Below are positions 59,729 to 64,000 of a stretch of 64,000 nucleotides of DNA, piece after piece; the first letter of the stretch is position 1; each line of letters begins with the position of its first letter. The translations under genes were made by a program, and so were the position numbers. Location: contig CAVYGB010000008.1 of the NCBI GenBank assembly GCA_963767925.1, positions 768,001 to 832,000 of the forward strand, in the 5' to 3' direction. The stretch comes from an uncultured delta proteobacterium. Lineage in GTDB: Bacteria; Myxococcota_A; Polyangia; Fen-1088. Under the pieces are notes generated by a model. The model was not told the origin of the DNA. It searched no databases and saw nothing but the letters and a program-made list of their open reading frames with translations.

Positions 59729-60790
59729 CTACTGTCCCAACAATGCGTAAATAACCGTTGCAGCGGCCACCAACGCAAAAATCGCAGCGACGACCAATGG
59801 CGATCGCCCGCGAGGCAGTCTCAAATCGTCGGTCATGTCGGGTTGCGGATGGTCCGAGCGCACGCTGGACGTGTCGCTGGGCAAGGTGAAAAGCGCCCGT
59901 GTGAGGCGAGGAAGTTGCCCTCCGAGTCGTTTGTGAATGCGCAGGAGGGCAGGGGCCAATTCCTCGAACGTCGAGCGTCCGTCGCGGTCCTTGTCCATGG
60001 TCGCCCGTATCAGCAGGGCCAGCTCATCGTCGATGCCGGACACGCCCGCCTCGCGGGGATCGGGCACCGGTGCGGAGATGTGAGCCTGCATGATCTCGAC
60101 GTACTGTTTGACCTCGGTCTTGCCCGAGGAGCGGTAAGGCGGTCGCCCGGTCAGCAGGTGGTGCAACGTGCACCCGAGCGCGTACACGTCGGCGCGTTCG
60201 TCGAGGGCCTCACCTCGGGCCTGTTCGGGGGCGATGTAGTCCGCTGTCCCCACCACGAACCCCCGCGCGGTCAGGTGCCGATCGATGGCGTGGGATTTGG
60301 CGAGGCTGAAGTCGGTCACCTTGAGCACCCCCTGGGCGGAGATGCCGAGGTTGGCCGGCTTGACGTCGCGGTGGATGATCTTCGCGCGGGCGGCCTCGCC
60401 CAGGCCCGCCGCCGCCTGGGCCCCGATCAGGGCCACCACGCCGCTCGGCAGGGGGCCCTGTTCGAGCATCAGCTTCTCGGTGTCGCCGCCCTCGAGCAGC
60501 TCCATGGCGAAGTAGGGTCGCTGCTTGTCCCCCACGAACCCGGACTCGTAGACCGTGATGAGGTTGGGGTGATTGAGGCGGGCCAGGGCCCTGGCCTCGC
60601 GCAGGAACCGTTCGCGCACCGTCTCGTCGGCGAGGTGCTTGATCCCCAGCAGCTTGATGGCGGCGCGGCGACTCAGGCTATCGTCGACCGCCAGGAAAAC
60701 CTCGCCCATGGCTCCGTTGCCGATGGGGCGCAAGATGCGATAACGCCCCACCAGCTCTCCGGCCGCGATGGTGGGTGGATTGGGATCCAT
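59729..60790 (-). CDS. Hanks-type Ser/Thr protein kinase with C-terminal TM helix
   Basis: IGNGAMGEV, AIK, RFLREA, HRDVKPAN, DFS, GTADYIAPE, DVYALG. Confidence 0.92.
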   Translation of the reverse strand: MDPNPPTIAAGELVGRYRILRPIGNGAMGEVFLAVDDSLSRRAAIKLLGIKHLADETVRERFLREARALARLNHPNLITVYESGFVGDKQRPYFAMELLEGGDTEKLMLEQGPLPSGVVALIGAQAAAGLGEAARAKIIHRDVKPANLGISAQGVLKVTDFSLAKSHAIDRHLTARGFVVGTADYIAPEQARGEALDERADVYALGCTLHHLLTGRPPYRSSGKTEVKQYVEIMQAHISAPVPDPREAGVSGIDDELALLIRATMDKDRDGRSTFEELAPALLRIHKRLGGQLPRLTRALFTLPSDTSSVRSDHPQPDMTDDLRLPRGRSPLVVAAIFALVAAATVIYALLGQ

Positions 60791-62199
60791 CAGGCCGGCT
60801 CGGAGTCGTCCTCGGCGTAATTCTCGAAGCGCGTGTACTCCCGGATGAAGGTGAGGGGGACCGAGCCGGTCGGTCCGTGGCGATGTTTCCCCACGATCAG
60901 CTCGGCCTTTCCCTTCTCGGCCGACTCGGTGTTGTACATCTCGTCCCGGTGGATGAAGACGATCATGTCGGCGTCCTGCTCGATGGCCCCCGACTCGCGC
61001 AGGTCGGAGAGCTGGGGGCGCTTGTCCTCGCGCTTCTCCAGACCGCGGTTGAGCTGGGACACGGCGATGATCGGGATCTTGAGGTCCTTGGCCAGCGCCT
61101 TCAGGCCCCGGGAGATGTCGGCGATCTCGCGCTCGCGCGATTCGTCACGCCGGCCGGTGGCCCCCCGGGCGAGCTGGAGGTAGTCGACGACGACCAGGCC
61201 CAGGCGCTTGCCCCCGTTCTCGTCGATGGGGGGGAAATACCGGATATCGCTCCGGAAGCGCCGGCACTTGGCCCGGATGTCGAGGATGGTGGGGGCGCCC
61301 GAGTCGTCGATGAGGATGGGTGCCTGTGCGATACGGTTGCCGGCCGGGTAGATCCGGTTCTTCCAGTCGCTGTATTCGATCTGGCCCCGCTTGAGGCGGG
61401 CCGAGTCGATGCGGGCCTCCCCCGCCAGCATGCGCTCCATCAATTCGAACTTCGACATTTCGAGGGAGAAGATGAGCACCGGCATCTTGTGGAGGAGGGC
61501 GGCGTTCATGGCCACGTTGACCGCCCAGCTCGTCTTGCCCACGCCGGGGCGGGCGGCGACGACGATCAGGTTCTCCGGCTGCAGCCCGGCGGTCATGACG
61601 TCGAACTTGGTGAACCCGGTCGGGACACCGGTGACCTCCTTGCGCTCCCGGGCCCGCTCCTCGATGCTCTCGAGGACCTCGCCCATCATCTCGCCGACGG
61701 TCGAGTAGCTCTCCTTGCGAGTCTGCTGGGCGACCTTGAAGATGGCGTTTTCGGCCTCGTCGAGGAACTCCTCGTAGTTGCCGAACTCGCCGTAGGCCCG
61801 GGACTGCACCTCGGCGCAGGCGGTGATGAGCCGGCGCAGGGTGGACTTCTCCTTGACCAGCCTGACGTAGTGCTCGATGTTCTCCGCCGTCGGGACGGCG
61901 TTGGCGAGCGCGACCAGGTAGCTCTCGCCCCCCTCGAGCCGGGGCAGGGCCCCCCGCACCTTCAGCTCGTCCGCCAGGGAGATGATGTCGATGGGCTGGC
62001 GCCGGCGATCGATGGCCACCATGGCCTCGAACACCTCGCGGTGGGCGGGAACGAAGAAGTCGTCGGCGACCAGCGCTGTCACCAGGTCGTCGATCGCCGA
62101 CGGCTTCACGAGCACGCCGCCCAGGGCGGAGCGCTCTGCGTCCAGGTTCTGGGGCGGCGTGCGTCCGGAGCCCGCCGCTCCTGCCGCGATGTCCCCCAT
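60790..62199 (-). CDS. dnaB: Replicative DNA helicase
   Basis: PPQNLDAE, AARPGVGKT, FSLEM, VVDYLQL, SQLNR, SDLRESGAIEQDAD. Confidence 0.97.
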   Translation of the reverse strand: MGDIAAGAAGSGRTPPQNLDAERSALGGVLVKPSAIDDLVTALVADDFFVPAHREVFEAMVAIDRRRQPIDIISLADELKVRGALPRLEGGESYLVALANAVPTAENIEHYVRLVKEKSTLRRLITACAEVQSRAYGEFGNYEEFLDEAENAIFKVAQQTRKESYSTVGEMMGEVLESIEERARERKEVTGVPTGFTKFDVMTAGLQPENLIVVAARPGVGKTSWAVNVAMNAALLHKMPVLIFSLEMSKFELMERMLAGEARIDSARLKRGQIEYSDWKNRIYPAGNRIAQAPILIDDSGAPTILDIRAKCRRFRSDIRYFPPIDENGGKRLGLVVVDYLQLARGATGRRDESREREIADISRGLKALAKDLKIPIIAVSQLNRGLEKREDKRPQLSDLRESGAIEQDADMIVFIHRDEMYNTESAEKGKAELIVGKHRHGPTGSVPLTFIREYTRFENYAEDDSEPA

Positions 62200-62218
62200 T
62201 GAACCCTTTGTGAGGAGG

Positions 62219-62665
62219 TTACTCCTTCTTGACGACGTGGACCTTGATGGTTGGCGACAGGTTGTGACCCAGCTTGACCGGCACCTCGGTCGTGCCGAGG
62301 GCCTTGATCGGCTCGGCGAGCTGCAGCTTCTTGCTGTCGATGGCCACCCCTTGCGCCTTCAAGGCGTCGGCGATGTCCCGGGTGGTGACCGAGCCGTAGA
62401 GGCGGTCCCCTTCACCCACCGAGGCGGTGATGGTGACCGACACCTGGCTGATCCGGTCGGCCTGGGCCGACAGATCCTTGGCCAGCTTGGCGGCCCGGGC
62501 GGCGATGACCCGCTTGTCGTGCTCGAAGCGGGCCACGTCCTTCTCGCTGGCGATCATGGCCAGGCCCCGGGGCAGCAGGTAGTTGCGCCCGTAGCCTTCG
62601 CGCACGGTGACCACCTCGCCGGCCTGGCCCAGCTTGTCCAGATTCTCTCTCAGGATGATACGCAT
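62219..62665 (-). CDS. rplI: 50S ribosomal protein L9
   Basis: MRIILRE..LG..GEVV.V..GYGRNYLLPRG, LYGSVT. Confidence 0.97.
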   Translation of the reverse strand: MRIILRENLDKLGQAGEVVTVREGYGRNYLLPRGLAMIASEKDVARFEHDKRVIAARAAKLAKDLSAQADRISQVSVTITASVGEGDRLYGSVTTRDIADALKAQGVAIDSKKLQLAEPIKALGTTEVPVKLGHNLSPTIKVHVVKKE

Positions 62666-62678
62666 GTGACGACTCCGA

Positions 62679-62951
62679 TCAGGTCCCGGTGACCGAGAAG
62701 GGCATGAGGGCGATCATGCGCGCCCGGTTGACGGCGGTGGCGATGGCTCGCTGGTGCTTGGCGCAGTTGCCCGACAGCCGCCGCGGGACCAGCTTGCCCC
62801 GATCGGTGATGAAGTACTTCAGGAGGCTGGCGTCCTTGTAGTCGATCTTGATGTTGACGTCCGCGCAGAACTTGCAGCTCCGCCGCCGGCCCATGGGCTT
62901 GCGCTTGGCGTCGCCGTCGTCGCGTTCGGTCTCTTTCTCTTTGTCTTTCAT
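62679..62951 (-). CDS. rpsR: 30S ribosomal protein S18 (Zn-binding type)
   Basis: CKFC, IDYKD, GKLVPRR, CAKHQR. Confidence 0.97.
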   Translation of the reverse strand: MKDKEKETERDDGDAKRKPMGRRRSCKFCADVNIKIDYKDASLLKYFITDRGKLVPRRLSGNCAKHQRAIATAVNRARMIALMPFSVTGT

Positions 62952-62962
62952 GGCCCTGTTCC

Positions 62963-63490
62963 TTAGTCCTTGCGACGCGGCTCATCGGCCGATCCGAAGA
63001 CGGCCTCCTCGAAGTCGAAGCCGCCTTCTTCTTCTTCCTCACCGAACGTGCGCACGCCGGCCTGACCGGTGGCGATGGCTTCCTCGTCGGGTCCGGGGAC
63101 CGACGCGCTGGCGAACGTCTCGTCGGTGACCGCGGTGGTCCGCGTGGTGGCGTCGACGTTCTCGGCGACCCGCACCGAGTAGTAGCGGATCACGGAGTCG
63201 GACAGCCGCAGGTTGCGCTCGATCTCTTCGACCAGGCCGGCGGGCCCCAGGTAGTTGAAGAAGAGGTACACGCCCTTGAGGTTCTTTTTCACCTCGTAGG
63301 CCAGCTTGCGGCGGCCCCAGTTCTCGACCTTGAGGAGGTTGCCACCTCCCGCTTCGATGACGCCGCGGACCTTGTTGTTGACGGTCGAGATGCCGTCGTT
63401 GCTGATGTCGGGCCGCAGAATGTAAGTGGTCTCGTATTCACGTTTCCGGCCGGCGATGTCCCGGCTGGATCCGAGGATCCTGTTTGCCAT
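62963..63490 (-). CDS. rpsF: 30S ribosomal protein S6 with acidic C-terminal tail
   Basis: [31 protein letters not shown] before ATG at 63490. Confidence 0.95.
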   Translation of the reverse strand: MANRILGSSRDIAGRKREYETTYILRPDISNDGISTVNNKVRGVIEAGGGNLLKVENWGRRKLAYEVKKNLKGVYLFFNYLGPAGLVEEIERNLRLSDSVIRYYSVRVAENVDATTRTTAVTDETFASASVPGPDEEAIATGQAGVRTFGEEEEEGGFDFEEAVFGSADEPRRKD

Positions 63491-63494
63491 GTGT

Positions 63495-63546
63495 CTCTCC
63501 CCGTGGGCGAATGGCCCGGAGCGCGAGTCCCCGGGCAAGGAGTGGG
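63495..63546 (-). promoter_or_regulatory. S6:S18 ribosomal-protein leader RNA
   Basis: Minus strand ACTCCTTG-CCCGG..CCGGG-CCA..GGGGAG: anti-SD, hairpin and CCR motif directly upstream of rpsF. Confidence 0.7.
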
Positions 63547-63547
63547 T

Positions 63548-64000
63548 TCAGTTGTCGTTGGTTTTCGGTCGTTTTTTGTTGAAGCGATTCATGGCCGCCA
63601 GCAGCCCCTGTTGCGCCAGGATCTGCACGGCCTCGGTGGCCTCGGCGACCACCAGCGGAAGCTCGTCGGCCTCCTCCCGGGAGAAGCCGCCCAGCACGCG
63701 CCGGGAGGCGTCTTCCGCCTGGTGGGGCCGGCCGATCCCCACCCGCACCCGGAAGAAGTCCCGCCCCATCGTGCCGACGATGGAGCGCATCCCGTTGTGG
63801 CCACCGTGACCGCCACCGCCGGCCAGCCGGAGCTGGCCGAAGGGGAGGTCGAGGTCGTCGTAGACCACGATCAGGTGGTCGGGCGCAATCTTCCAGAACC
63901 CCGCCACCCGCCCGACCGCCTCGCCGCTGAGGTTCATGAACTCCATGGGCTTGCAGAGGAGCAGGCGTTCGGCGCCGAGCTTGCCTTCCCGGACCTCGGC
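63548..64000 (-). CDS. pth: Peptidyl-tRNA hydrolase; 5' end lies outside the window
   Basis: KPMEFMNLSG, VVYDDLDL, GGHNGMRS, RVRVGIGRP. Confidence 0.95.
   Translation of the reverse strand, partial: AEVREGKLGAERLLLCKPMEFMNLSGEAVGRVAGFWKIAPDHLIVVYDDLDLPFGQLRLAGGGGHGGHNGMRSIVGTMGRDFFRVRVGIGRPHQAEDASRRVLGGFSREEADELPLVVAEATEAVQILAQQGLLAAMNRFNKKRPKTNDN

Noticed and set aside
60790..62199. Intein in DnaB
   Set aside because: Length (469 aa) is normal and the motifs are contiguous; only a short insertion precedes VVDYLQL.

Overview
High-GC chromosomal window, most likely from a Myxococcota (Polyangia/Haliangium-like) genome or MAG. The taxonomic call is inferred from a TIGR02266-like PilZ gene, a myxosortase-like CPBP protease, FHA-domain proteins, Cys-rich lipoproteins and an Oar-like TonB-dependent receptor. 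About 50 CDS are present: envelope and protease genes (0-26 kb), a large amino-acid biosynthesis neighbourhood (pheA, a CM-PDT-DAHPS fusion, a GlnR-like regulator, gltBD, leuCD, cimA, thrC, thrA) interrupted by a Zn/Mn ABC operon, and the pth-rpsF-rpsR-rplI-dnaB operon with a Ser/Thr kinase gene overlapping the dnaB stop. gltBD, leuCD, thrC, thrA and a few others carry many small frameshifts, probably sequencing or consensus errors. No rRNA, tRNA, CRISPR array or transposase was seen. Best leads: (1) a chorismate mutase fused to a prephenate dehydratase domain and a DAHP synthase domain that both appear catalytically dead, encoded right behind an intact stand-alone PDT; (2) an actinobacterial GlnR-like regulator divergent from gltBD, with a palindromic site between them; (3) a His/Cys leader ORF ending APKSSPP plus a hairpin ahead of the metal ABC operon (candidate arrest-peptide sensor); (4) a 164-bp CTAG-bounded MITE-like palindrome; (5) a divergent chlorite-dismutase-like protein. 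All family calls come from motif recognition by eye; no database searches were run.
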